A DNA stretch of 64,000 nt from a virus: UHGV virus genome UHGV-1376965, one strand, 5' to 3'. Of the stretch, positions 1-11,000 are shown in pieces. Both the position numbers and the translations under genes were made by a program. Positions within the stretch are counted from its first letter, which is position 1; each line of letters starts with the position of its first letter. The notes under the pieces were generated by a model that saw only the letters and a list, made by a program, of their open reading frames with translations, was not told the DNA's origin and made no database searches.

Positions 1-600
1 GCGGCCAGCACTTCAGACGTGCTGTTAGTGGCACTACTGAGCTGAGTGATGCCTTTCGCTGTCAATGAAGCTGTTGGCACACCAGTAATCTGATTCCAGG
101 GATGTGTATGACTGGATGGTGCCTTTCCGGCTGCTAGATCGTATGCAGCTTTAACCGCTTTTGGCGTTGCAGCTAATGTTTCAGAAGTGCTGTTGGTGTC
201 GCTACTGAGCTGAACTATCCCTTTTTGTGTCGTGGTTGCATCCTGGGCTGTATACTTCCCGTTAGCCAGGTCATATGCAGCCTTGACAGCTTTCGGTGTG
301 GCGGCCAGCACTTCAGACGTGCTGTTAGTGGCACTACTGAGCTGAGTGATGCCTTTCGCTGTCAATGAAGCTGTTGGCACACCAGTAATCTGATTCCAGG
401 GATGTGTATGACTGGATGGTGCCTTTCCGGCTGCTAGATCGTATGCAGCTTTAACCGCTTTTGGCGTTGCAGCTAATGTTTCAGAAGTGCTGTTGGTGTC
501 GCTACTGAGCTGAACTATCCCTTTTTGTGTCGTGGTTGCATCCTGGGCTGTATACTTCCCGTTAGCCAGGTCATATGCAGCCTTGACAGCTTTCGGTGTG
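1..600. repeat. Perfect 300-bp tandem duplication (two identical units, then a diverged partial third to about 750) inside the tail fibre gene
   Basis: Bases 1-300 and 301-600 are identical base for base; 601 onward restarts the unit with substitutions. Each unit is in frame (100 aa). Confidence 0.95.
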
Positions 601-1310
601 GCGGCCAGCACTTCAGACGTGCTGTTAGTAGCACTGCTGAGCTGAACTAATCCCTTTTGCGTTGTGCTTGCATCCTGCGCCGTATACTTGCTTTTCGCCA
701 GATCGTAGGCTTTTTTAACTGCCAGCGAACTTGCAGCGACATCACTTCTGGTACTGGTTACAGAGTCGGAAATTTCAATGCCTATCGTGAGATCGATGCG
801 GTCGGATACATCTATCATTTCCTGAGTAATAGCAGATACGCCAGCAGGGATATTCACCGTACAAACAAGCAGTTCCCCATCTCCTAACTGATATGAATCG
901 GTATAGGTTCTGGCAACAAATTCAGCCGCATGAATATGTGACGCGGTATTAACCTGATAAGAATCTTCTCCAAGGAGGTATCTTCCCTTCAGCACAATTG
1001 CATATTTCTTACCTGCGCTAAGTGCAAGAGAAATATCCTTACGCTGCTGAATAGTTACCTGGTAGAATTCACCAATATTCACTGACGCCGCGCCAGCGGT
1101 TTTATCACCATCCACTGAGGTGATTAACAGGTTCATTCCACCGCCAGGCTTAGGCAAGAAACCAGCATAAAATCCCGGGTCAACAATTCCCCTGAATTTT
1201 CGGTTTAGAGCGGCTGACAGATATGGTTCGTGGTATTGCACATCAGCCACCAGAGCCAACGACTCGGGTGATGGGTAAGTAACCGATGTAACAACTGTAA
1301 CGTCATTCAT
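1..1310 (-). CDS. Side tail fibre protein, N-terminal part; gene runs off the window start
   Basis: Reverse-strand frame starts MNDVTVV at 1310 behind an AAGGAT ribosome-binding site; translation contains repeated GIVQLSSxTNSTSExLAATPKAVKAAYDLA motifs typical of lambda Stf / Mu S-type fibres. Not in the ORF track because there is no stop inside the window. Confidence 0.8.
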   Translation of the reverse strand, partial: MNDVTVVTSVTYPSPESLALVADVQYHEPYLSAALNRKFRGIVDPGFYAGFLPKPGGGMNLLITSVDGDKTAGAASVNIGEFYQVTIQQRKDISLALSAGKKYAIVLKGRYLLGEDSYQVNTASHIHAAEFVARTYTDSYQLGDGELLVCTVNIPAGVSAITQEMIDVSDRIDLTIGIEISDSVTSTRSDVAASSLAVKKAYDLAKSKYTAQDASTTQKGLVQLSSATNSTSEVLAATPKAVKAAYDLANGKYTAQDATTTQKGIVQLSSDTNSTSETLAATPKAVKAAYDLAAGKAPSSHTHPWNQITGVPTASLTAKGITQLSSATNSTSEVLAATPKAVKAAYDLANGKYTAQDATTTQKGIVQLSSDTNSTSETLAATPKAVKAAYDLAAGKAPSSHTHPWNQITGVPTASLTAKGITQLSSATNSTSEVLA

Positions 1311-1321
1311 CAAGCATATCC

Positions 1322-1756
1322 TTATGCTGTAGTCGAGTTTATGGCCATAACTGCGGTATATGTTTTGCCCACATACAGCGAGTCTTCTTGGACACAAATA
1401 ATGGCGATTGGCTTATTCTCGTTATCCAGAACAACCAGAGTGTTGAATGGGTAGTTTTTCCCTTCCTGCAACTGACTTTGATCAAGGTCCATTCGGACAG
1501 TAATTATCCCGCCTGAGTAGGTTGGGACGAGGTTGATGGTGCAAAATTGACTGGTCAGTTCTGCCAGATCGAAAGCCTTTGGCAGTTCTCCAATCTCATA
1601 AGTGCCATCTCCTTTCTTAGTAACCAGTGAACTGGTACCGAAAACGGCCTTGCTGATTAAAAATCGAGAGCCTTTGTTAATGGACGATTCAGCGCGCCGC
1701 TGATAGTAATAGTCCAACAACTGACTCTTATAGAGGTTTGTTGAGACGTCAGACAT
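1322..1756 (-). CDS. Tail fibre-associated protein (P1 R-like position)
   Basis: 144-aa ORF directly upstream of the fibre gene on the same strand; assignment by position only. Confidence 0.55.
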   Translation of the reverse strand: MSDVSTNLYKSQLLDYYYQRRAESSINKGSRFLISKAVFGTSSLVTKKGDGTYEIGELPKAFDLAELTSQFCTINLVPTYSGGIITVRMDLDQSQLQEGKNYPFNTLVVLDNENKPIAIICVQEDSLYVGKTYTAVMAINSTTA

Positions 1757-1834
1757 GATTTTCCCTAATCAATGTTGTGAAGCCTCATTGTAAGATAAGT
1801 AACTTGTCACCCCGCCCTGCGGACGGGGTGATTG

Positions 1835-2674
1835 TCACGCATCGCTATCCAACAGCAAATCATCTGCGCGGGTGCGATCAAACGTAGGCGTTGCTTTCAC
1901 AATAGTGCCGCCCGGCGTTGCAGTGATCGGGGCGTTAATCGACGTAACTTCAGTAAGCGAAGTTGTATCCGAAGTTTCAAACCAGCAGAATGCTTTTTCG
2001 GTATCAGAAATCTCATTCAAAGTGATCATGTCGGCCTGTTCATTTACAACAACCGACAAATAGAGCGTAAGCCCATCAAACACTATATGCAGTGGCAGTA
2101 GAGGCTTTACGAACTGATTAAACTTTCTGAGAATTTCTTCTGTAATTGCGGACTGATCTATCGTTCCAGTAATACCCATTGTCCGGGCCAGGTCGTTTAT
2201 GGGAATACTGATCATTCCTCTGGAAGTCAGAAACATCTCGCCGAATGTGCCGCCGGTGGTTTCCAGTGTGCTTTCTGGAATCAGGACCGTGCCATAGGGA
2301 TGACGTTCAAAGTCCACCGGAGCATATATGGGATCCCATAAAACCGATATACCGTTAAATTCGCGATAAATTGTCTGGTTTATAGGGCGTTCAGTACCCT
2401 TAAAATGGATCTCATCAAACCGCTGTTGTAACAACATCGGAACGGAAGATGAATTCGACGTTCTGATAGTAAAAAACTGGCCAAGTTCATTTGTCCTAGT
2501 CTCCAGATCCTCCTTGCTCATGGAGAAAATAGACTTCCGGTTGGTAATTCGCTCCAACCATGGGTCAACAAAGGTGTCCATCATTGACTGAACCAAATCA
2601 GCCAATGATTTATAAAGTAATGACTTTTGCTTAGCTGATGTAAGCCGGTTATTAAACCAGGAACGTTGCATCAC
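1835..2674 (-). CDS. Baseplate/tail structural protein
   Basis: 279-aa ORF whose start overlaps the upstream baseplate gene by 4 bp (translational coupling); in baseplate operon. Confidence 0.55.
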   Translation of the reverse strand: MMQRSWFNNRLTSAKQKSLLYKSLADLVQSMMDTFVDPWLERITNRKSIFSMSKEDLETRTNELGQFFTIRTSNSSSVPMLLQQRFDEIHFKGTERPINQTIYREFNGISVLWDPIYAPVDFERHPYGTVLIPESTLETTGGTFGEMFLTSRGMISIPINDLARTMGITGTIDQSAITEEILRKFNQFVKPLLPLHIVFDGLTLYLSVVVNEQADMITLNEISDTEKAFCWFETSDTTSLTEVTSINAPITATPGGTIVKATPTFDRTRADDLLLDSDA

Positions 2675-4104
2675 TCCTCCTCATACGAAATATTAAAGGT
2701 GGAGTTTTCTGTATCCAGATAAACGAAATCGTAAAAGCCGTTGGACTCATTCCACTCGACAAATTCCAGATAAAAGTCGCGGAAATAACCCAGCGTTTCG
2801 ATAAATGCCCAAACGTCTTTTTTCTTGATTAGGATGTACTTGCCGACACGGTTCGGATCAAAGAAAGTTGAGTCACGCCCAAATTTTGTTTCCAGTGCCG
2901 ACTTCAGCTCATCAGTCACGTTCTCAATGGTCAGGCTTGCCGATATCCGCCCAGTGATGGTGATCTTAAAGGGTAGTTTTCTGACCTCTTTATACGAGAA
3001 TTTCTTGTTCAACTCATTCGGCACCTTCTTAAAGGCAGCCAGGATCATTTCTTCAAGCTCTGACTGGCTTTTGTTTGGATGCCATCCTGAAATAAATATC
3101 TTATTGATATTCCGAACATTATAAGCACCATCTAATTTCTCTTGCTGGCCTTCGCCCCATGCCTTTACCCAGGACAGTCCCGGGATGTTACGCACCAGAA
3201 AATACGTATAGTCCCCGCCCCATACGACCTGATCATCATAGGCAAGGTAATATTGTGCACGATTACGTGTGATCTCCGTTGTTTCGGCATCGGTACCTGC
3301 GGTTATGGGTGTCGTTGTCTTAACTGAAATCAAATTAGCTAAATTAGCCGCAGAATCGACAGGAGTCAGGTTTTGGCCAGCAACCAGGGTTATATCTCCG
3401 TTGGTGCACCATACCTTAAGTGTAATGGTCGAGCCTTCTGGCGGTATTTGCCCAATTAGCCCATCACCGAATCGAACCCCCAACTGCTCGGATGGCTTAT
3501 AAAACTCAACGTAGACCTGGCTTTTACTACCGGCTAACCGGAACATAGTGCTGGAAGACCACTGCGTGGTCTTACCATCGGTCGTCACGAATACTTCCAG
3601 CTTATAGCAGACAGCAGTGAGAGCCTTTGATAACACGACTTCCAGAAATTCTTTGGCTGCCGTAACGGTATATGTCACCTCCTGGATTTCCAACTGTGCC
3701 ACTTCTACCGTACCGGTGCCGTCAACCAACCTGCATACATCCATAGTCATGTAAGGGTACTGGTCGTCAGATATTAAAGGCGTGTTTTTGGGGATTACCG
3801 CTGGAGCATCTTCACTTGTGGCTGTGATCTCAACCATCCCGGATGACGGTGTTGGCTTGGTACCAACGTAACTATTCGTTTCTGCCGCTGCCAGGATAGA
3901 GGAACGCCGCGTCGCGGTCGATATAAAGCCTTCAGCCAGCGCCGCATCGGCATACTGAAAGCACCTGTAGACAATCTGGGTAATAAACAATGTCAGCATC
4001 GAGACAAATTGAGAGCCGACAAACTTCGACCAGAATGAATCTTTCTCGACAAGCTCTTCAAACTCTGCACGAATACTGTCTTTAGTCGGTGTTGTTTTAC
4101 TCAT
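2671..4104 (-). CDS. Baseplate protein (J-like wedge component)
   Basis: 477-aa ORF, overlap-coupled to both neighbours; size and position fit a baseplate wedge protein. Confidence 0.55.
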   Translation of the reverse strand: MSKTTPTKDSIRAEFEELVEKDSFWSKFVGSQFVSMLTLFITQIVYRCFQYADAALAEGFISTATRRSSILAAAETNSYVGTKPTPSSGMVEITATSEDAPAVIPKNTPLISDDQYPYMTMDVCRLVDGTGTVEVAQLEIQEVTYTVTAAKEFLEVVLSKALTAVCYKLEVFVTTDGKTTQWSSSTMFRLAGSKSQVYVEFYKPSEQLGVRFGDGLIGQIPPEGSTITLKVWCTNGDITLVAGQNLTPVDSAANLANLISVKTTTPITAGTDAETTEITRNRAQYYLAYDDQVVWGGDYTYFLVRNIPGLSWVKAWGEGQQEKLDGAYNVRNINKIFISGWHPNKSQSELEEMILAAFKKVPNELNKKFSYKEVRKLPFKITITGRISASLTIENVTDELKSALETKFGRDSTFFDPNRVGKYILIKKKDVWAFIETLGYFRDFYLEFVEWNESNGFYDFVYLDTENSTFNISYEEE

Positions 4105-4460
4105 AGCACCACGTCCTGTGTGATAGTTATATCCCTGATACGAATGGATATTTTCAACTTATCAAAAGCATCTCCCTCGGCTACTGACAAACCAGAAATC
4201 GGTATGTCAGGTAAATCTACCGTCAGTTTTTGCAACAGCATTGCCTCAACCGCAATTTGAACATGCGACAAGTTGGTCGGTTCGTGTTTAAACTGCGGTA
4301 AAACATTGCCCCATGACGGATCCCCGTATACCTCACCCTGATAAGTGTTTAGCCACTCATATAAACGAGCGCCCCAGGCCTCCTCCTGGGACTCATACGT
4401 TTTTACGCCGGATAACTCCAGCGTCAGTAAAGGATCAATTTCATTATTGTTGGCCATCAA
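4101..4460 (-). CDS. Small baseplate protein (gp25/W-like position)
   Basis: 119-aa ORF overlap-coupled to the sit stop. Confidence 0.5.
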   Translation of the reverse strand: MMANNNEIDPLLTLELSGVKTYESQEEAWGARLYEWLNTYQGEVYGDPSWGNVLPQFKHEPTNLSHVQIAVEAMLLQKLTVDLPDIPISGLSVAEGDAFDKLKISIRIRDITITQDVVL

Positions 4461-7400
4461 TCAACTCTCGCGTAGTCATTCATCAACGGATCATCAATTG
4501 ACAGTGGCACCGTGCGCATAACGCCCGGTTGAGGCGTGCTGACCTTTACGACAGTTCCCTGGCCTTTCGCCGAGTCTTTAGTGTGCTCTTCAATCCTGGC
4601 AAGCAATGAGGTCATCTGCGCAAACAGCCGCTTCGTTTCACCATCAAGTGAAACGGTATTATCAGCCAACTGCATTGTCGGCTTGGCACCGGAGCCGCCA
4701 AGGTCACTAATAACCTGTCCGTCTATCTGCATACGACCGGTTGGTTGCTGCAAATCGTTGGCGGCAGTCGTCACCAGGGACGTGGAGGCTGGTTCAGGCG
4801 CATTATTTTTCCGCATCCCCGGCGAGTTGCGGAGTTTATCGAATAGTCCATCAATCCCCATTTGTGCGCCGAGTTGGTCAAAGTAACTTGAGTTGCTGGC
4901 CACCGGACGCGCCTCTTCAACTGGCATCGGAGTATCAACATACACATTGCCAGCTGCTGTTGCGGTCCCCTTCCCTCGTGCACGTTCTTCGAGCGTTCCC
5001 TGAACGACTTCCCGACGCATACCCCGGCCATTCATGAATTTGTTGACCAGATCGTTAACACCAACAGCATTGCCAATTTTGTCTACCAGACCGCCTTTCT
5101 CAAACGGGCTATCACCAGGGGTAAACGCCAGGCCAGTAGACTGATCGATAACAGCGTTATCAGGCAGCTTTTCGTGAATTGCTGGTGCGCTATGATCTAC
5201 CTTAGAGCCATAAACGGCACCATTATTGAGCATCTGCTGATACCCTCTGACACGAGTAACATATTCGCCGGTACCGGCGACTACTCTCCCCTTATCAACA
5301 TGCCCCATACCAGCATGATAGGCAGCTATTGCACGACCCTGATCACCGTTATAACGGTTCATCAGCATACTTAGGTATCTGGCGGCACCATCAGCTGCTT
5401 TTCGTGTATCCATGGCATCAGCATCGCTGAGTCCAAGATCCTCCCTTGTACCTTTAGTGATCTGAAAAGCCCCAAGGGCAGATGAAAGTTTGTTCCCGTT
5501 TTTGTCTACTGGATTTCCAGTTCTCTGGCCTGCACTAGACTCTGCGGATGCAACTGCTGACAGAATCCCTTTTTCAAGCCCATACTTACGTTCAAGCTCA
5601 TCAAAATAATCGGCATTGTCAGAAATCCATTGGTATCCGGCAGCATTTAATTTTGGCAAAGAAACATCCTTGCCATTGTTAAATCGACGTTTATCTATCT
5701 CATATGCACTTAATGCTTCCTCCTTACCTGTAGCAGACTGGCCCAAGGCAGCATCAATTGTTTGTGCTGCTTTATTTCCTGTTTCTACGGCATTTGCATT
5801 GATAATCTGATTAGCAGTTTCTTTAACTGTTTTATTGCTATCTTTCGCCATATCCAGGGCCGCATTTATCACGCGAGCAGCAATATTAGTCTGTTTGGCA
5901 TCGGATTCAGCTTTAGAATCAGATGTCCCCTGCTGGCTATTAACCGGAGCTTTTAACTCTGGAGTGATTTCTTTCGCATTAGCCTCGCCGATCGGATTGG
6001 GTATTTTTGATACAATCATTGCCGCAGGGGTATTTTTAACGGCATCAACCGCTGCATCTAATGCTTTACCTGGTAAATTTTTAACCCCATCCCAAATATT
6101 ACTAGCTGCCTCTTTAATGTGTTTCCCTGGGTTCTTAATGAAATCAATTGCACTATCAATTGCATCACTGAAAACCTGTTTCAGGTTATCGACAGTAAAG
6201 AAGTCTTTGATGGCATCCAGCTTTTCAAGCAGCTTATTAGATGTATCGCTAAACCATGCTGAAACAGCATCACCAATCTTTGCTGTGTAATCATCGAACT
6301 TGGTAGAAATGGTGTCGCCAAGGTTAGAAATATATGTTTCTAAGTTGGTAATCCCACTATCAATGGCCTGGGCAATACTTTCCGTCGAAAATGATTGCAA
6401 CATATTGCCGATATCCTCAAATCCAAGTGATTTGAGAGCCTCACCAATGGCGCTGCTAATACCAGATACCAGTCCCCCCATATCAAGAACATTAGCTAAC
6501 GTATAAGCGGCTTTTTGCTGGAATGATGGATCTTGTCCTGATTTAAGCCCAAACGCTCGACGTTGCGTTTCTGTATCATTCCAACCGGTTACCGCATCAT
6601 AAATACCTCCAGCCACTGTGCCGACTAGGGGAATTGCGCGTAACGCCCCTTTACCAACTGCCTTTAATCCAAGTTTACCTGCTGCCCGGGCAGCCAAATC
6701 TCCGCCTTCATGGGCGAGAGTCTTCTTGCCACCACCGCGTAGCATTCCTACAAGTTTCTTTGCCCCCAGAGCGCCAAAAGCGAGTGCTCCAGCTTTTTTC
6801 AGCATGCCACGCCCCATTAACAACGACGCGACGCCACCGGCCCCCTTCCCTAACAGGCTAAATAATTTGGACAGCAAGCCGCCCTTCTTTTTCCCGGTGT
6901 TTTTGGCTATCTGATCAAGGGCGCTGAGAATCTTGTCATTGCCCTCTTTAATTTCGCTGGTCTGATCCTGAAGTTCCTGAACCGTCCGTTTTTGGGTGTT
7001 AACCTGAACGACATCGGCACTATTTTGCGATTTACGCCTAAAAAAACCTTTTCTACGGCTGTTATCGTCATTGCCACGAATCACATCGGCAATAGACTTT
7101 CTGGCACCATTAAGCGATCCACCAACTTCTTTTGATATCCCGCCAAGCTCCTTCCCTGCGGCCCACAATGGACCAGCAACGGCATAACCTAACGCATCGA
7201 CGGCGCGAGTCTCTGAAGGGTTACCTATGCCTTCAGCTACTTTTGACAGTTTTTTTAATAAACCTGATTCAGCATTTAGACGCTCATCATCCTCTTTGCG
7301 CCTGGCCTTTTCAGCACGTTCAGCACGGGCATCTTCCGCTGCGGCCTTACTCCCTGGCTTTCCAATAAAACGACCACGCGCATCGCGTTGGTTTTGGCTT

Positions 7401-7831
7401 TTTTGCGCACCGCCTTTTTGACCGAACATTTCGCGAGCGTGTTCGGCTGCTTCGGTCCGTTGCGCCTTTACATCTTCTGTTATAGCCTTCTTGCGTCGTT
7501 TTTTACCCTTTCGCGTAGTTGATTTGGCCTGCGGTTCCTGTAGAGCAACATCCTCCTGAACTACACGAGAAACGTCCCCTAAATTAAGCCGTTTCATTGC
7601 CTCAACAATAGGGGCCACTGATGGCGCATTGGCCACAAAGTCTGGCCTGGAATTTTCGATTGTGCGATTTAATGCCGACACACTGTGAGAGACAGGATCA
7701 ACAGTTGCAACGCGTCCCCCTTTCAAATCTTCAACAGCTTCCCGGATACCTGCAAGCTCTTCCAGCTCTTTTGCGCTGGCGGTTTCAACTGTCCTTATAA
7801 CATCGTCAATGTTGGCGTTTTTTCTTTCCAT
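4457..7831 (-). CDS. sit: Structural injection transglycosylase / tape-measure-like protein with C-terminal lytic transglycosylase domain
   Basis: 1124 aa; long Ala/Gly/Lys-rich coiled region; soluble lytic transglycosylase signature (GAFQI ... AAYHAG) in the C-terminal third. Confidence 0.85.
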   Translation of the reverse strand: MERKNANIDDVIRTVETASAKELEELAGIREAVEDLKGGRVATVDPVSHSVSALNRTIENSRPDFVANAPSVAPIVEAMKRLNLGDVSRVVQEDVALQEPQAKSTTRKGKKRRKKAITEDVKAQRTEAAEHAREMFGQKGGAQKSQNQRDARGRFIGKPGSKAAAEDARAERAEKARRKEDDERLNAESGLLKKLSKVAEGIGNPSETRAVDALGYAVAGPLWAAGKELGGISKEVGGSLNGARKSIADVIRGNDDNSRRKGFFRRKSQNSADVVQVNTQKRTVQELQDQTSEIKEGNDKILSALDQIAKNTGKKKGGLLSKLFSLLGKGAGGVASLLMGRGMLKKAGALAFGALGAKKLVGMLRGGGKKTLAHEGGDLAARAAGKLGLKAVGKGALRAIPLVGTVAGGIYDAVTGWNDTETQRRAFGLKSGQDPSFQQKAAYTLANVLDMGGLVSGISSAIGEALKSLGFEDIGNMLQSFSTESIAQAIDSGITNLETYISNLGDTISTKFDDYTAKIGDAVSAWFSDTSNKLLEKLDAIKDFFTVDNLKQVFSDAIDSAIDFIKNPGKHIKEAASNIWDGVKNLPGKALDAAVDAVKNTPAAMIVSKIPNPIGEANAKEITPELKAPVNSQQGTSDSKAESDAKQTNIAARVINAALDMAKDSNKTVKETANQIINANAVETGNKAAQTIDAALGQSATGKEEALSAYEIDKRRFNNGKDVSLPKLNAAGYQWISDNADYFDELERKYGLEKGILSAVASAESSAGQRTGNPVDKNGNKLSSALGAFQITKGTREDLGLSDADAMDTRKAADGAARYLSMLMNRYNGDQGRAIAAYHAGMGHVDKGRVVAGTGEYVTRVRGYQQMLNNGAVYGSKVDHSAPAIHEKLPDNAVIDQSTGLAFTPGDSPFEKGGLVDKIGNAVGVNDLVNKFMNGRGMRREVVQGTLEERARGKGTATAAGNVYVDTPMPVEEARPVASNSSYFDQLGAQMGIDGLFDKLRNSPGMRKNNAPEPASTSLVTTAANDLQQPTGRMQIDGQVISDLGGSGAKPTMQLADNTVSLDGETKRLFAQMTSLLARIEEHTKDSAKGQGTVVKVSTPQPGVMRTVPLSIDDPLMNDYARVD

Positions 7832-7912
7832 GATCTTATCGCCTACCGTTTCGGTTTAAGTTTTTCTTCCAGTTTCTCCAACAGGAAAAACGCATAGGAT
7901 TCAGTAAGCCTT

Positions 7913-8794
7913 TCAGCGTCCTGAATCGGTATACCCCCATACAAAACCAGGTTGGATACTAAGGTCTGATAGCTTTTCAATCCCCACCTGTGGAATGAAG
8001 TCGGTAGCCCGAAAGGGCACCCACAGACGGGTAAACGCACCCTCTGTGGACTCCTTTTTGTCCTGGTTTGGGCATTTATGCGGCGGGAGACGAAGACGCA
8101 TTTCACCTTTATCGATGTAGCACGGTAAACCATGTTCGAGCTTTTCATGAGCCAGTCGGATGTGTGCCGCCAGCTTCATAAATTCAGTATCAATGGCCAT
8201 CCGTTTAATCGTTTCATAACGACGCTCAGCCTGATCTTCACGAGTACCGCTAACATCGTTATAAAGCTCACACTGATAAGCGAATTCCCAAAAACGCAAA
8301 TCAACGATCGCTTCTTTGAATTCCGCGTCGTCTTCAGGTGGCAATGCTGCACGGCGCATCTCCAGCATTTCCATTGCCCAACCATCAAGCGGCACGATAC
8401 GCCATTGATAAGGCACGCCCTCTACAGACACCTCAATATCGTCAATGAACGGTTCCACTTCCAGGACCTGGATATCTTCAGCCAGAGCATTCATATCGCA
8501 ATCGTAATAATGCTCTTTACCGCAATGTTTACAGGTGTAGGTGAATGTCTCGACCGGTGTTTCACGGGAGCCGGTAAATATCCACCATAACGCGGTAATC
8601 CGGTCCTGCGCCGTCCATGTCAGGGGATCATGTTTCGCGGGTTCAGCCAGCAAGGCTTTTAAATATGCCGTTGTCTGTTGTTCTTGTTCCTCCGGTGTTA
8701 TCGAGTTGAAACGCATCGCATCAGCAATATTTGGCTGACGGAACTGGATCAATTCAGTTGGCCGCGATGGTAGCGGGAAAAGGGGTAAAAGCAT
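7913..8794 (-). CDS. Hypothetical virion-associated protein with CxxC...C zinc-ribbon-like motif
   Basis: 293-aa ORF upstream of sit on the same strand; contains CKHCGKEHYYDC. Confidence 0.5.
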   Translation of the reverse strand: MLLPLFPLPSRPTELIQFRQPNIADAMRFNSITPEEQEQQTTAYLKALLAEPAKHDPLTWTAQDRITALWWIFTGSRETPVETFTYTCKHCGKEHYYDCDMNALAEDIQVLEVEPFIDDIEVSVEGVPYQWRIVPLDGWAMEMLEMRRAALPPEDDAEFKEAIVDLRFWEFAYQCELYNDVSGTREDQAERRYETIKRMAIDTEFMKLAAHIRLAHEKLEHGLPCYIDKGEMRLRLPPHKCPNQDKKESTEGAFTRLWVPFRATDFIPQVGIEKLSDLSIQPGFVWGYTDSGR

Positions 8795-8808
8795 CCTTGC
8801 TCCTTAAT

Positions 8809-9420
8809 TCAAAGAGAAAAACTAAAGCCCAGAAGGGAAGCCAAAGAACTTGAGGATTGGTTAAACGTGCTGTGCAATGCGAAGGTCATTGGGAATGACT
8901 TAAATTCCGTGACCTGATCCCGCGCATAGGTGACATCGCCGGTAGTAACCGGGAATACCGTCATCTCATTTTCCAGTTTGGTTAAACCGGAAGACAGCAA
9001 CCGATAAATACGCACATTGAGCAAATATTTAGACGGTATATTCCCGGTACCGTCCGGATTGATCACCCGACTTTTTGCCGTCTTAAACCAGTCCAAAACG
9101 AGGCCATCAACGGTATCCCTGACCATCATTGTTATCTGCCCAGGCGAACGCTCCGTTGGTTGAAGGATATTCCCTCCGCCGATTTTAATCGTTTCATATT
9201 CGATGCTGTAATCGTGGTAGGTAATATCTTTGGCAAAGAAGTCTGCCCCCTCCAGTCCATCAACTTCGACAGAGAACTGCCATCCTTGCGCGAACAGCAT
9301 TTTGTTCATGATGATTGACGTCAGCTTACCAACTTCCCGCTCACCAACGCCGGAGCCAAATAATGTCGTCGTTAATGCCGAAGATACATAAGACTTTACT
9401 GAAGCAACATTAAGCCCCAT
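8809..9420 (-). CDS. Hypothetical tail structural protein
   Basis: 203-aa ORF in structural operon; no recognisable motif. Confidence 0.5.
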   Translation of the reverse strand: MGLNVASVKSYVSSALTTTLFGSGVGEREVGKLTSIIMNKMLFAQGWQFSVEVDGLEGADFFAKDITYHDYSIEYETIKIGGGNILQPTERSPGQITMMVRDTVDGLVLDWFKTAKSRVINPDGTGNIPSKYLLNVRIYRLLSSGLTKLENEMTVFPVTTGDVTYARDQVTEFKSFPMTFALHSTFNQSSSSLASLLGFSFSL

Positions 9421-9430
9421 ATCAGCCCCC

Positions 9431-10021
<591 letters not shown>

Positions 10022-10151
10022 TTAACCGATTCTACGAGTAGTCATTTGTTCATTGAGTAGGAATATTGTTGTCTGGGGGGTAATCAGTGTAGGTGGAATG
10101 AGGGATATGATATGGTTATCACATAATCAGGTTGTTTTGAGTAAAACAATA

Positions 10152-10178
10152 AAACGCCCTTTAATGGGCGTTTTTTTA
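10152..10178. terminator. Bidirectional rho-independent terminator
   Basis: AAAACGCCCTTTAATGGGCGTTTTTTT: GC stem with T-runs on both strands, just downstream of the sim-like operon. Confidence 0.7.
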
Positions 10179-10205
10179 AACTTAAATTGACTATCCTTTC
10201 AAATA

Positions 10206-11000
10206 CTATTTTAATTCTATGTAATTTTTAAATTCTCCCTCATATTTATACATGATGCTATCAAATCCTTCCATTACATCAACGAATTGTTGTGAACATT
10301 CCGGCTTCCAAGGCGTACACTTACGAACCATATCCATTTTTTTCTTATCCTTCGTTGTATCGACTAAGGATAGGTACCCTATAAAATTCATCATCTGAAC
10401 AGGATCTTGATTTGTGAATATATATTTGACGTTTTGCTTAGTAGGCGAAAAAGAATCAAAAGCAGGGAACATATATTCACCAGAAAAAGAGAGTGCAGCA
10501 TCAATGACGTCTGTTGCAGGAGTGCAGTTGCTCAGAATTGGCACTAAGCTAAAATTAGCACCGGAGCACACTGCATATATATCATCCCCTTTTTTTAGTT
10601 TTAACAGAGAGTCTTGCTTTGAATCCAATATTTTCAATTTGATATAATTTAGTGGCGTTGCATTTTCCCCTGGAGTAAATAATTCTACAATTGGTTTATT
10701 ATTCACCATTCTTATGGATTTTATTTCACCATACACAATTGGAATTGTGTTCCATTTTTCCTGAGCAGCAAATTCATTATCTTTAAAATCATTAACCAAC
10801 TCAGATGGCAAATGATAACCAAATTGATTGTTCATTGCTTTCGAAGCAAATCCAGACAAATAGAATGCCCTTACTAAATCATAATCTTTCTTTGAGGTAG
10901 AAAGCCAATCTGGCAATTTATTATCAGCTATCGCGCTTCCAGCAAAAATAGCACAACAAAATGTTATTACATTAAATAATTTCATTTTCCATTCACTCAT
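10206..11000 (-). CDS. Secreted protein, SimC-like (superinfection exclusion position); start may be at 10985
   Basis: N-terminal signal peptide MKLFNVITFCCAIFAGSAIA; AT-rich; position matches P1 sim region as I recall it. Confidence 0.6.
   Translation of the reverse strand: MSEWKMKLFNVITFCCAIFAGSAIADNKLPDWLSTSKKDYDLVRAFYLSGFASKAMNNQFGYHLPSELVNDFKDNEFAAQEKWNTIPIVYGEIKSIRMVNNKPIVELFTPGENATPLNYIKLKILDSKQDSLLKLKKGDDIYAVCSGANFSLVPILSNCTPATDVIDAALSFSGEYMFPAFDSFSPTKQNVKYIFTNQDPVQMMNFIGYLSLVDTTKDKKKMDMVRKCTPWKPECSQQFVDVMEGFDSIMYKYEGEFKNYIELK

Noticed and set aside
1-600. CRISPR array suggested by direct repeats
   Set aside because: The units are 300 bp, perfectly tandem without spacers, and lie in frame inside a tail fibre coding sequence.
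657-887. ORF 657..887 (+)
   Set aside because: Antisense to the tail fibre coding sequence within the repeat region; no ribosome-binding site.
4536-7421. Plus-strand ORFs of 60-150 aa across 4536-7421 (for example 5835..6290, 6618..6914)
   Set aside because: All lie antisense within the 3.4-kb sit gene, are low-complexity and lack start signals; they are shadow ORFs.
7843-8148. ORF 7843..8148 (-) as a frameshift extension of the 293-aa gene upstream of sit
   Set aside because: No slippery heptamer or obvious stimulatory structure at the overlap; more likely a chance frame.
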